Shown: piece by piece, positions 7,908-15,664 of the stretch
How positions within the stretch are numbered: the first letter of the stretch is position 1
How the letters are laid out: every line of letters begins with the position of its first letter
From: a virus
Lineage: Duplodnaviria; Caudoviricetes
Length of the DNA: 43,493 nucleotides
Strand: one strand, 5' to 3'
IMG/VR virus record: IMGVR_UViG_3300024043_000020
Span: 1-43,493 of that record
Notes under the pieces: generated by a model
Database searches by the model: none
What the model was told of the DNA's origin: nothing
The model's input: only the letters and a program-made list of their open reading frames with translations
Program-made: the position numbers and the translations under genes

Positions 7908-9704
7908 TTAAACCGCCCGCAAGCCACCGCCGGCGGCAACCAGCGGCGCGGCGTCTTGGGCGGGGTTGGTGAATTGCGCAATCAGCGCCTCGATCTGGTC
8001 TTCCGGCACGCCACCGGCGTAGCGCTGGCGCAGGAAAGCGTTTTCCTGATCGGTCAGGTAACGCCCGATGCCATCGACGATGCGCAGCATGGCCGCAGTG
8101 GCGGTCAGCGTTGGCACCTCGACCTGCAGGTGCGCCGGCGCCTCGATTTCGGCCCCCTGGCGTGGCAGGTAGGCCGGCAGTTCGATCTTCTGCAGGTAGG
8201 AATGCGCGTCGAGCCGGTTGCCGAAAGGCGTGACTTTCTTGTTGCGCGCCGCCTTCACTTCGTCGGCGTTCATGCCCGGATAAGCCAGCGCATCCATATC
8301 CTTCGCCGCGCGCTCGATCGTCGTGTCCGGCATCGCCTTGTATTCCTCGCCGACGACACTGCCGGCCAGGGATTGGCCGAAGCGGTCATAGCCGCGCTCC
8401 GGCTCGATCCGGTACGTCAGCATCTCGCCGTCGTAGCGCGGCGCCTGAATCTGGATCGCGCAGTCGCCATACACCAGCGCCCGCACCTGGACGGTATCGC
8501 CGACGTGGACACCATCCAGGCCAGCCACGCTGTAATGCAGCGGCCGATCCGCGTCCGGATGCTTGAATTCCACCGTCAGCTTCGGCTTGACCTTGCGCTC
8601 CTGCTCGCGTGACGCCATCAACGCGCGGCACACCTCCACCGCCGGCAGCAGCCGCAGCTGCGCCGCCGTGATCAGCTGCCACAAGTCATAACGGGCCAGC
8701 GGCTGCGCCAGGCCATCGCGGCGCAGGCGCGTGTCCTGACCCGGGATCAGATTGGCGTTGTACGCATTCGCCCAGGCCGCCGCATGCTCGTTCAGCTCGC
8801 GGATATCCGCCACCGGTTCGAAGCGCAGGCGCGACTCGAACTGCGTTTCAACGATGTTGTTGGCGTTCTCCACGCCGCCCTTGACACGCGAGTGGCCGGC
8901 CTCATGCTCGAGCGGGCTCACCTCCAGATGCAGCAGCAGGTTCTTGATCGCCGCGCTGGTGTTGGCCGTGCCCTTGTCCCACAGCACGCAGCGCGGCACG
9001 CCGTGGAACAGCCGGCCCGGCTGGCGGCTCCAGGCAAACATCAGAAAATCGAACAGCGCGTGCTGGTTCTCCCCCGCAGCCTCGACATACCACGGCACGA
9101 TCAGGCCGCTGGCGCGGTCATACGCCACGTAGCGGAACACCTTGTATTTCACCTTCGCGTAGTTCTCCAGCTTGTTCTTGTAGAACTCGCGGTCGCGCAT
9201 GATGTGCTGGCGCCCGTTCATGTAGTAGATCAAACACAGCGAAGGATCGATCTCATGCACATGGTTCGGATACAGCGCCCGCAGCGACTGCACCGGCGCC
9301 ACGCGGCGCTGCGCCGCCACGTTGAGCTTGCGCGCCCGCATCAGCCGGTTCAGCTGCGCATTACCGACCTGGAATGCGACCCCGTTCTGCTCCAGGATGC
9401 CGCGCGCGGTGGTCGTGAACAGCGTCTGCTTGCCGTTGTCGCGGATACCCTCGCGCTGCGCGGCGCCCAGCATCGTCAGCGCTGTGCCGGCCACGCTGGT
9501 CGACCCCTTGTCCGCGCGCGCCTTGCGATGCGCGCTCCAGCCGCAGGCCGCCCTCAGCTGGCGGTAGATCGTCTGTGGCGACCAGCCGAGGAACTCCTGC
9601 GCCGCCGCAACGATCGGCCCGCGCTCGCCGTGCCCGGCCGCATCCAGCCGCGTCGCCAGCTCGCGCAGGTAATCTCGGATATCGGGCGTGATGGCCATGT
9701 CCAC
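7908..9704 (-). CDS. DDE transposase A (B3/BcepMu type)
   Basis: PNHVHEIDPS...LWDKGTAN...KGGVENANNIVE catalytic-core pattern; 598 aa. Confidence 0.92.
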   Translation of the reverse strand: MDMAITPDIRDYLRELATRLDAAGHGERGPIVAAAQEFLGWSPQTIYRQLRAACGWSAHRKARADKGSTSVAGTALTMLGAAQREGIRDNGKQTLFTTTARGILEQNGVAFQVGNAQLNRLMRARKLNVAAQRRVAPVQSLRALYPNHVHEIDPSLCLIYYMNGRQHIMRDREFYKNKLENYAKVKYKVFRYVAYDRASGLIVPWYVEAAGENQHALFDFLMFAWSRQPGRLFHGVPRCVLWDKGTANTSAAIKNLLLHLEVSPLEHEAGHSRVKGGVENANNIVETQFESRLRFEPVADIRELNEHAAAWANAYNANLIPGQDTRLRRDGLAQPLARYDLWQLITAAQLRLLPAVEVCRALMASREQERKVKPKLTVEFKHPDADRPLHYSVAGLDGVHVGDTVQVRALVYGDCAIQIQAPRYDGEMLTYRIEPERGYDRFGQSLAGSVVGEEYKAMPDTTIERAAKDMDALAYPGMNADEVKAARNKKVTPFGNRLDAHSYLQKIELPAYLPRQGAEIEAPAHLQVEVPTLTATAAMLRIVDGIGRYLTDQENAFLRQRYAGGVPEDQIEALIAQFTNPAQDAAPLVAAGGGLRAV

Positions 9705-9713
9705 CTGCTCCCC

Positions 9714-10700
9714 CTACGCGGCGGCGGCCATCTGATATTGCCGAGCAGCGTCGATATAGCCGCCGAAGCGCACGCTCAGCTCACGCTGGGCGGTCGCCAC
9801 CAACGACGCCGTGCGATCGACGGCGTCCGAAAGTTGCAGCAACACGGTCAGCACCTCGGTCGGCATCTTCGCCGGCGCGTCCGGGTCATAGCCTGGCGCC
9901 TTCGCCAGCTCACTGACCATCCAGACATCGAGCGCCTCGACCGCTTCTAGATGACGCGCTACGGCCTCGTCGATGATCGTCTGGCGCTGGGTGATCTCTT
10001 CCTTGAAATCGGCCACGCGCTCATCCCAGGGCGCGGTGCGCAGCTGCAGCTTTTCCAGTGATTTCTGCGTCGCGTCCAGCTTCTGGGTGCGTTCGGCCAG
10101 CACCTTCTCGGTCGCTTTGTGGTCCGCCTCGACGTCGGCGACCTTGGCCTCCAGCGCCGCCTTTTCCTGGGCATGCTTGGCGATCACGGTTTCGGCGAAG
10201 TCGATGAAGGCGTCCTTGTCGCCGGCCTTGGCCACCTCGATCAGCGCGGTCTTGTCGTCGTCCGGCAGGCGGCGGTACTGGCGCATTTCGCGGTAGCCGA
10301 TGCCCATGCGGGACATGCTTTCGAGGGCTTCTTCGCCGAAGGTGCGGAGATTGGCGATGTCCTGATTGGCCTTCTCGTCCGATACGCCCAGCAGCCCGCA
10401 GAATTCAACCCAAGTACCTTTCAACTCCAAACCGTTTGGAGCACGCTTCCCTGTAAGCCCTTGATATAGCTTGTTTTCCTTCACATAAGCCAGCTTTGAA
10501 CTCCAAACGGTTTGGGAAAATTTCCCAAAAGCGTCCGCCATCTGTGCCTGCCCGAGCAGCTGGTTCACCAGATCGCGTTCATCCGAATACGACTCGGTGA
10601 TCTGCGCCAGCTCGCGCCCGGCGGCCTCGGCGTTCTGAAATGCCGCGTTGTTCATCGGCGTCTCCGCCAACTCCGTGGCCTTGTTCGGCTTGCGTGCCAT
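9714..10700 (-). CDS. DUF3102-like early protein (328 aa)
   Basis: Real start MARKPNKAT (ATG 10700, GGGAG SD); LRTFGEEALESMSRMGIGYREMRQYRRLP and coiled coils, typical of the gene upstream of B3-type transposases. Confidence 0.8.
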   Translation of the reverse strand: MARKPNKATELAETPMNNAAFQNAEAAGRELAQITESYSDERDLVNQLLGQAQMADAFGKFSQTVWSSKLAYVKENKLYQGLTGKRAPNGLELKGTWVEFCGLLGVSDEKANQDIANLRTFGEEALESMSRMGIGYREMRQYRRLPDDDKTALIEVAKAGDKDAFIDFAETVIAKHAQEKAALEAKVADVEADHKATEKVLAERTQKLDATQKSLEKLQLRTAPWDERVADFKEEITQRQTIIDEAVARHLEAVEALDVWMVSELAKAPGYDPDAPAKMPTEVLTVLLQLSDAVDRTASLVATAQRELSVRFGGYIDAARQYQMAAAA

Positions 10701-10711
10701 GTTTTCTCCCT

Positions 10712-11029
10712 TCAGTTGGTCAACGTGTAATTGCGCTTCAGGCTGGCTAGGTCGGCCTCGGCCCGGTCGAATGCCGCCAGCACGCGCATCGCGCAGCGTG
10801 AAAAATGCGTGGTAATGTGAAAGCGCCCGGTGGCTTCGTCCTTGCGCACCCAGCCCTTTTCGATCAGCGTGGCGGCGGTGCGGGTGACGTACGGCGCCGG
10901 GCAGCGCAGGTGCGTCGCCAGATCGGCGTTCGACAGCCCGCGCAACGGCTCGGCCGCCAGCACCTCCAGCATCGCCAGCGCGCGCAGCACCTGCGCGCTC
11001 GCCTTGCTCTGGTCGGCGCCCGCGCTCAT
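10712..11029 (-). CDS. IclR-type HTH DNA-binding protein
   Basis: RALAMLEVL...GLSNADLATHLRCPAPYVTRTAATLIEKGWVRKD. Confidence 0.85.
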   Translation of the reverse strand: MSAGADQSKASAQVLRALAMLEVLAAEPLRGLSNADLATHLRCPAPYVTRTAATLIEKGWVRKDEATGRFHITTHFSRCAMRVLAAFDRAEADLASLKRNYTLTN

Positions 11030-11322
11030 GCCGCCGCACCCTGGCCGCGCACGCGAAATCCGAATTTCGCCGCCAGCGCCTCACAGGACGCGCGCGACAG
11101 GTCGAAGGCGGTTCGGCCAACCCACAGCGCCTCATCTTTCGGGGCCATGTTGAGAGAGACGTCGCAGCGGCACGCTTTGGCGTACACCAGGGCACGGCCG
11201 GATTCCGGGTCCATAACGAGTGCGGAAATATCCGGGGAATCACAAGAGGTGGACACGGCAAGCGTCAACCCGGTGCATGCGGAAGGCACTTCCAGCCGGG
11301 GGGCAATTCCAGAAGCGGACAT
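11026..11322 (-). CDS. Hypothetical protein (98 aa)
   Basis: MSASGIAPRLEVPSAC... from ATG 11322 with an AGGAG SD. Confidence 0.7.
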   Translation of the reverse strand: MSASGIAPRLEVPSACTGLTLAVSTSCDSPDISALVMDPESGRALVYAKACRCDVSLNMAPKDEALWVGRTAFDLSRASCEALAAKFGFRVRGQGAAA

Positions 11323-11333
11323 CTTTTCTCCTT

Positions 11334-11810
11334 TCAGAACTCGAATTCCGGTGCCGCATGCTTGGCGACGTTGGCGTGATGGAAAGCCACCTGGCCAAGG
11401 TGGTGGGAGAGCGCCGCCAGCGTCGCGCTGGCGTCGGCGCGGCCGCTGTAGTGATCCGTCAGCAGCCGCAGCGCATCCGAAAAACCGCTGTGCAGCGCCA
11501 CCACATCGGCGTCCACCAGGTCGCGGCCGGTCGGCATGTCGATCAGCAGCTGGTTGCCGTTGGCGGCCAACCACCGCGTGACGAAATTGACGCCGCACGC
11601 CGCTTCATAGGCCGGGATCAGCACGGCCGGCATGCGTCCGTTTTCCAGCCACTTGTAGAGCGTCCAGTGATCTGCCAGGCCCATGACGGCGGCAATGCGC
11701 TCGACCGACTGATTGCGCTGGCCGCGGGCGTGCTCCTTGCACAGCTCCATCGCGTGGCGCAGGCTGATCGGCTGGATACGCTTCCAATTTCGGCGGCGGT
11801 TTGCTGTCAC
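11334..11810 (-). CDS. Phage regulatory (CII-like) HTH protein
   Basis: RRNWKRIQPISLRHAMELCK...SVERIAAVMGLADHWTLYKWLENGRMP; probable GTG start at 11810. Confidence 0.75.
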   Translation of the reverse strand: MTANRRRNWKRIQPISLRHAMELCKEHARGQRNQSVERIAAVMGLADHWTLYKWLENGRMPAVLIPAYEAACGVNFVTRWLAANGNQLLIDMPTGRDLVDADVVALHSGFSDALRLLTDHYSGRADASATLAALSHHLGQVAFHHANVAKHAAPEFEF

Positions 11811-11834
11811 CGGATTTCCCCCATTCCCTAGTGT

Positions 11835-11863
11835 TTCCAATCAAATAAGCGCTCTGGTACTAT
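11835..11863 (+). promoter_or_regulatory. Putative sigma70 promoter for the antisense gene
   Basis: TTCCAA (11835-40), 17 nt, TACTAT (11858-63), with an extended -10 TGn. Confidence 0.55.
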
Positions 11864-12537
11864 CCAGAAACACGAGGCGCGCCTACCATTTGCACGGTTC
11901 TGAATCGTTGGCGAGGCAGTGATGGTCGAAACGAAATTGCTGGAAACACTGGTCGAGCGCGCCGTCGCGGCACACACGGCCGAAACGCGCGGCGCGCTTT
12001 GGGTACATACCCAGTTGCTGTGCCGCTTGACGCAGCAATTGTCGAAAGAGGCAGTTCAGCAGGTTGCTCTGGCAACGGATGAGGCGTGGCTGGCGCTCCC
12101 CGAACCCGAAAGAGAGGTTGCGCGGGCCAGCATGGATCAGTGGCGGAAGTACCTGGCGCAGCGAAGCGGGCTCGTAGAAGGCGAAACGCCGCCATTATTT
12201 CCCCCGCCCGAGCCAACGCATCCGCCTGATCCGCCAGGGCCGGGGCGATAGCGGCAACGCTGATATAAGCGTGCGGCAGCAGTTCGTAGGAGGTGCCGCT
12301 GCCATTGGGCGTGGTGCGGGCAGAGCACGGTGCGTCGCCGGCCATCTGAAGCAGAAGCGCGGTAGTTCGGTCAGCAGCGAGCAGCGCGCTGTGGCGGCCA
12401 GCATCGATTTCGGCGGCGGAGTAGCCTGGTGCCGGCTGCAGGCGCACCAGCCCGGCCTCGACCAGGGGCAGCAGTGTGCGGCGGGTGTGCTCGTCGAGCC
12501 CGAAGAGATAGGCGAAGGGATGCGCGGGGATATGCAT
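11860..12537 (-). CDS. Hypothetical early protein; 3' half overlaps the antisense gene
   Basis: MHIPAHPFAYLFGLDEHTRR... from ATG 12537 with a GAGG SD, 8 nt after the upstream gene's stop. The C-terminal half looks like low-information read-through. Confidence 0.5.
   Translation of the reverse strand: MHIPAHPFAYLFGLDEHTRRTLLPLVEAGLVRLQPAPGYSAAEIDAGRHSALLAADRTTALLLQMAGDAPCSARTTPNGSGTSYELLPHAYISVAAIAPALADQADALARAGEIMAAFRLLRARFAAPGTSATDPCWPAQPLFRVRGAPATPHPLPEQPAELPLSTIAASSGTATGYVPKARRAFRPCVPRRRARPVFPAISFRPSLPRQRFRTVQMVGAPRVSG
11922..12251 (+). CDS. Antisense helical hypothetical protein (109 aa, Pro-rich tail)
   Basis: MVETKLLETLVERAVAAH...; GAGG SD at 11913-16 and an upstream promoter match. 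Confidence 0.6.
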   Translation: MVETKLLETLVERAVAAHTAETRGALWVHTQLLCRLTQQLSKEAVQQVALATDEAWLALPEPEREVARASMDQWRKYLAQRSGLVEGETPPLFPPPEPTHPPDPPGPGR

Positions 12538-12545
12538 GCCCGGCC

Positions 12546-12815
12546 TCACGCTGCTGCTGCGATGTTGTCCAGCGTCGGCCGGCCGGAGCCGCGGCGATGC
12601 TCTTGTGTAGGCATGCCGGCACTGCCGTCCTTCATGCCGAGCGCGACGGCAATCTGGTGCGCCTTGCCGTAGTTGGCCTTGTCGAAGCCATTCAGCACGC
12701 GGTACACCGCGTGCGGCTTCCAGCCGTTTTCGCGGGCAAAGTCGGAAATGGTTTGGCCGCGGTCGCGGAAGCCTTGCTTGATGCGTTCCGCTTTTTTGAG
12801 TTGCTCCGGGGTCAT
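12546..12815 (-). CDS. Ner/Cro-like DNA-binding protein (BcepMu gp16 family)
   Basis: RGQTISDFARENGW...VYRVLNG...YGKAHQIAVALGMK; first early gene, divergent from the repressor. Confidence 0.88.
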   Translation of the reverse strand: MTPEQLKKAERIKQGFRDRGQTISDFARENGWKPHAVYRVLNGFDKANYGKAHQIAVALGMKDGSAGMPTQEHRRGSGRPTLDNIAAAA

Positions 12816-12871
12816 TGGCGTGACTCCTGTGTAAAAGATAGTTTGGTGTTGTTTGTGATTTGTTGGGATTG

Positions 12872-12900
12872 ATTATTGTGCTGAATTCAGCACAAGTCAA
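12872..12900 (-). promoter_or_regulatory. Early promoter with a 20-bp palindromic operator in its spacer
   Basis: Minus strand TTGACT-17 nt-AATAAT; perfect palindrome TTGTGCTGAATTCAGCACAA at 12876-12895. Confidence 0.8.
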
Positions 12901-12924
12901 GATGTTTTATGGGCTGTTATTGGC

Positions 12925-13353
12925 ATGATTTCCGAAAGACTGAAGGGGGAGCGGAAGAGGCTTGGTTACAGCCAGGAGGATTTCGCGGCCCTGGCTGGCA
13001 TCACAAGGCGTCCATATGCCGAATGGGAGGCCGGCAAAACATCGCCCACAGCAGTGCAGCTCGCTGCTCTCGGAGAGGCGGGTGCCGATGTGCAGTACAT
13101 CGTGACGGGCCACCGACAAGGCCAAGGGATTGGTGACTCTGCCGTGCATCAGGCGGTACTCGACGCCGTAGATTTACTGTCGCTGGCAAAAAAGGTTGAT
13201 GCTCAGCAGTTGGCCAAGGCGGTGGTGAAGCTGTGTGCCAAGTCCGCCATGCCGCTACTCCCTACTCGATACGAAGGCTCTCAACAAAACTTCCACGGGC
13301 CTATAACTGGGGAGGTGGCTGGGAGAGATATCGTCAAAAAGGAGGAGAAATGA
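12925..13353 (+). CDS. XRE-family prophage repressor without an S24 peptidase domain
   Basis: ISERLKGERKRLGYSQEDFAALAGITRRPYAEWEAGKTSP...ADVQYIVTG; 142 aa; divergent from the early operon. Confidence 0.9.
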   Translation: MISERLKGERKRLGYSQEDFAALAGITRRPYAEWEAGKTSPTAVQLAALGEAGADVQYIVTGHRQGQGIGDSAVHQAVLDAVDLLSLAKKVDAQQLAKAVVKLCAKSAMPLLPTRYEGSQQNFHGPITGEVAGRDIVKKEEK

Positions 13354-13868
13354 CTGCTTTGAGGCAAGACTTTCTGGGGGTCGTCGAGGGCGGCGTTGCC
13401 GGCCGCGATGTCAATCATCACCATAACAATCGGACCACGGTTCTTCAATTCACCCAGCAGAAGCCGGAATCTCAATTGCAAAGTGAATTCGCACGGCGGA
13501 CAGGTATCTGGTGCCCCAAACCTGCCCGCGAGTGGCTGGAATCGTTGATGGCCGACCACCAATTTACGGCGCGCGAACTGGCGGTGTCCTGGAAGGCGGG
13601 GTCGATAGGATGGCATGCTGAGACAAACGAAAAACGCATCGTCACCCCCTGGATCGAGGCCGCATTCGTGTATTTGATGGGCCTGATGGCACTTCCCGTG
13701 ATAGCGATTTTTGTTTTTTGGACGTTCGCGCCTACCGTGATAAAACCGGGCAATGCGCTCGCGCTCTTCGCCTTGGCTTGCAGCTGGGTCCTTATAGGGT
13801 TGATGGTCAATCGTTTTATGTGGCAGCCGAGACGTGTTGCGCAACGCATTCGTCGTGTGCAACCTTGA
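13350..13868 (+). CDS. 2-TM membrane protein (172 aa) sharing an N-terminal motif with the repressor C-terminus
   Basis: ATGA overlap with the repressor stop and an AGGAGG SD; MTALRQDFLGVVEGGVAGRDV...; two hydrophobic helices near the C-terminus followed by an Arg-rich tail. Confidence 0.85.
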   Translation: MTALRQDFLGVVEGGVAGRDVNHHHNNRTTVLQFTQQKPESQLQSEFARRTGIWCPKPAREWLESLMADHQFTARELAVSWKAGSIGWHAETNEKRIVTPWIEAAFVYLMGLMALPVIAIFVFWTFAPTVIKPGNALALFALACSWVLIGLMVNRFMWQPRRVAQRIRRVQP

Positions 13869-13928
13869 AACGCGCGTGACGGGAAATAATTTTGTCCGTC
13901 ACGGCAGCTGCATCGAAGGGGGGAATTA

Positions 13929-14429
13929 ATGCGCTCAATCACGAAAACTGTGTTCATCACGACGACATTGCTTCTTGGCGGATGCGCAATCACTAGCGGC
14001 CACCACTCAGGACCGAACGGTCGGCCAGTGCATTTCATCGATGGCATGTCTGCCTCGGTCGCATATCAAAAAGCTGGGGAACTGTGTCCGTCAGGCTACG
14101 CCATTATTGGCGAGCCGCGCCAAGTATCGATCATGGACTACACGATGACAATTGAATGTAAAAGCACCGGCGTCGTTGCAAGGGGCGCTGTGCAGCAACA
14201 GCCCGGCGTGGTAGCCACTCCGGCGGTGGCTGTTGCGACTGCCAGAAAACCATCCGGGGAAATGTCTTTCGAGGTTGAGAAACTTGCCAAGCAGGCTGGT
14301 TGTCAGCCTGCGGCAAGTGCAGCGCTGATTGCTAAAACCACCGGTATTGAAACCTACCAGGTTAGTTGCGCGGACGGCCAGCAGGCGCTATTCAAATGCG
14401 AACTACGGCAGTGCCGGGTGATGAATTAG
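13929..14429 (+). CDS. Cys-rich lipoprotein
   Basis: Signal peptide with lipobox LLGG-C19; six further Cys in two domains joined by a Q/A/V-rich linker. Confidence 0.85.
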   Translation: MRSITKTVFITTTLLLGGCAITSGHHSGPNGRPVHFIDGMSASVAYQKAGELCPSGYAIIGEPRQVSIMDYTMTIECKSTGVVARGAVQQQPGVVATPAVAVATARKPSGEMSFEVEKLAKQAGCQPAASAALIAKTTGIETYQVSCADGQQALFKCELRQCRVMN

Positions 14430-14482
14430 GCCAGTTAAAATAGAGCGGACAAATTCCAACAACGATAGGGAGACAAAATCAG

Positions 14483-14668
14483 ATGGCAACGGATAAAAAC
14501 TCAAACCATTCCAATAATCAACGAGAAGCCCCTCTGACCGAGCGTAGGAAGGACAGCGATGTCCATTACAGCGAATATCCGGGAACGCGGCGTGACAATA
14601 CAGTCAGCAACACGTTGCCGCCCCCGCCCATCCGCAAGGACAACGACAATGGCAACGACGACGAGTAG
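14483..14668 (+). CDS. 61-aa hydrophilic micro-peptide with TVSNTLPPPP motif
   Basis: GGGAG SD upstream; overlaps the start of the next gene by 20 nt. Confidence 0.6.
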   Translation: MATDKNSNHSNNQREAPLTERRKDSDVHYSEYPGTRRDNTVSNTLPPPPIRKDNDNGNDDE

Positions 14669-15200
14669 CCTGGAAGAAAAGTGGCACGATCAGCTGTTCG
14701 GTGTACGGCGCTCGATTCGCTACCACCAGCGGCGGCGCGCCTTCTTTGATCGCCTGGACCAGTTCGGCAACATGTTGTCGGTCGTGCTGGGCTCCACCGC
14801 GATCTACGGCATATTGGAAAGCAGTTCTAAAACCTTGGCATTGTCCGCCACTGCAGCTGTCACGATATTTTCTGCGGTGAATCTCGTCTTTGGTTCGGTG
14901 CAAAAGGCCCGGACCCATGCGGAACTTGCACGGCGTTTTGTCGTATTGGAAAAGCGTTTTCTGGATGCCCCAACACCAGAACTTTTGTGTGAAATAACCA
15001 ACGAACGGCTTTCCATCGAGGCCGAAGAGCCGCCAGTACTGCGGGTTCTCGATTGTCTGTGTCACAACGAACTGATGCGGGCTGAGGGCTACCCTCATTC
15101 TCAACTTGCTCAAATAAGTTTTTTGCAATCCTGCCTCGCTCAGCTGGTGGACTGGTTCCCTAGCTCGATTCAACCGCAAAAATCAACGAAGCACTCCTAG
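14649..15200 (+). CDS. SLATT-like 2TM effector-type protein (183 aa)
   Basis: RSIRYHQRRRAFFDRL, TM1, TM2, KARTHAELARRFVVLE...RLSIEAEEPP; AAGGA SD before ATG 14649. Confidence 0.7.
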   Translation: MATTTSSLEEKWHDQLFGVRRSIRYHQRRRAFFDRLDQFGNMLSVVLGSTAIYGILESSSKTLALSATAAVTIFSAVNLVFGSVQKARTHAELARRFVVLEKRFLDAPTPELLCEITNERLSIEAEEPPVLRVLDCLCHNELMRAEGYPHSQLAQISFLQSCLAQLVDWFPSSIQPQKSTKHS

Positions 15201-15213
15201 TTGGCGCTGTCTT

Positions 15214-15260
15214 GATTTTGCCCTCGTTCAAAAGACTCTGATGCCCTGAAACCGGATGAT
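15214..15260 (+). promoter_or_regulatory. Putative activator-dependent late promoter 1 (lysis/head operon)
   Basis: GATTTTGCCCTCGTTCAAAAGACT, 17 nt, GATGAT; 23/24 identical to the copy at 23439. Confidence 0.8.
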
Positions 15261-15298
15261 GGTGGCTCCAACCGCCGTCACCCGGATCAGGAGCATCC

Positions 15299-15664
15299 AT
15301 GCCTCTCAAGCACCCGTTTCCGTTTGCGCGGCGCCTGCCGCGCAGCACTGCCTGGTTACTGGCATCCCTCATCCTGCTGCTGGCGCTCGCCGCCGTCGCC
15401 CCGCAGCAGCTCCCGATCGCTCTGTACAAGCTGACGCTGATCGCACTGGCCGCCGTGGTCGGCTACTGGATCGATCGCGGCCTGTTCCCCTATGCCCGTC
15501 CGGACAGCTATCTGCACCGCGATTGGCGCTACGGCACCGACGAGCCGGAGGGGGATGTCGACTATCCGCTGGTCGGCCCGTATCACCGCGTGTTCGCCGC
15601 CGCCATGCTGCGCCGCGCCGTGATTGTCGGCGCGGTCGTGATCGGCGTCGCACTGGGGCTGTGA
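15299..15664 (+). CDS. Holin (putative 2/3-TM holin family)
   Basis: PQQLPIALYKLTLIALAAVVGYWIDRGLFPYARP...AAMLRRAVIV; first late gene. Confidence 0.88.
   Translation: MPLKHPFPFARRLPRSTAWLLASLILLLALAAVAPQQLPIALYKLTLIALAAVVGYWIDRGLFPYARPDSYLHRDWRYGTDEPEGDVDYPLVGPYHRVFAAAMLRRAVIVGAVVIGVALGL

Noticed and set aside
9714-11261. 515-aa ORF as a single gene
   Set aside because: The upstream part overlaps two better genes in other frames; the real start is ATG 10700 with an SD.
11860-12900. 346-aa ORF spanning the early promoter
   Set aside because: It begins at the -35 box and overlaps the Ner-like gene; only the part from ATG 12537 is plausible.
13891-14455. TTTGTCCG / CGGACAAA inverted pair flanking the lipoprotein gene, as a possible invertible or mobile cassette
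   Set aside because: Only about 8 bp, no invertase in the window; compatible with chance.
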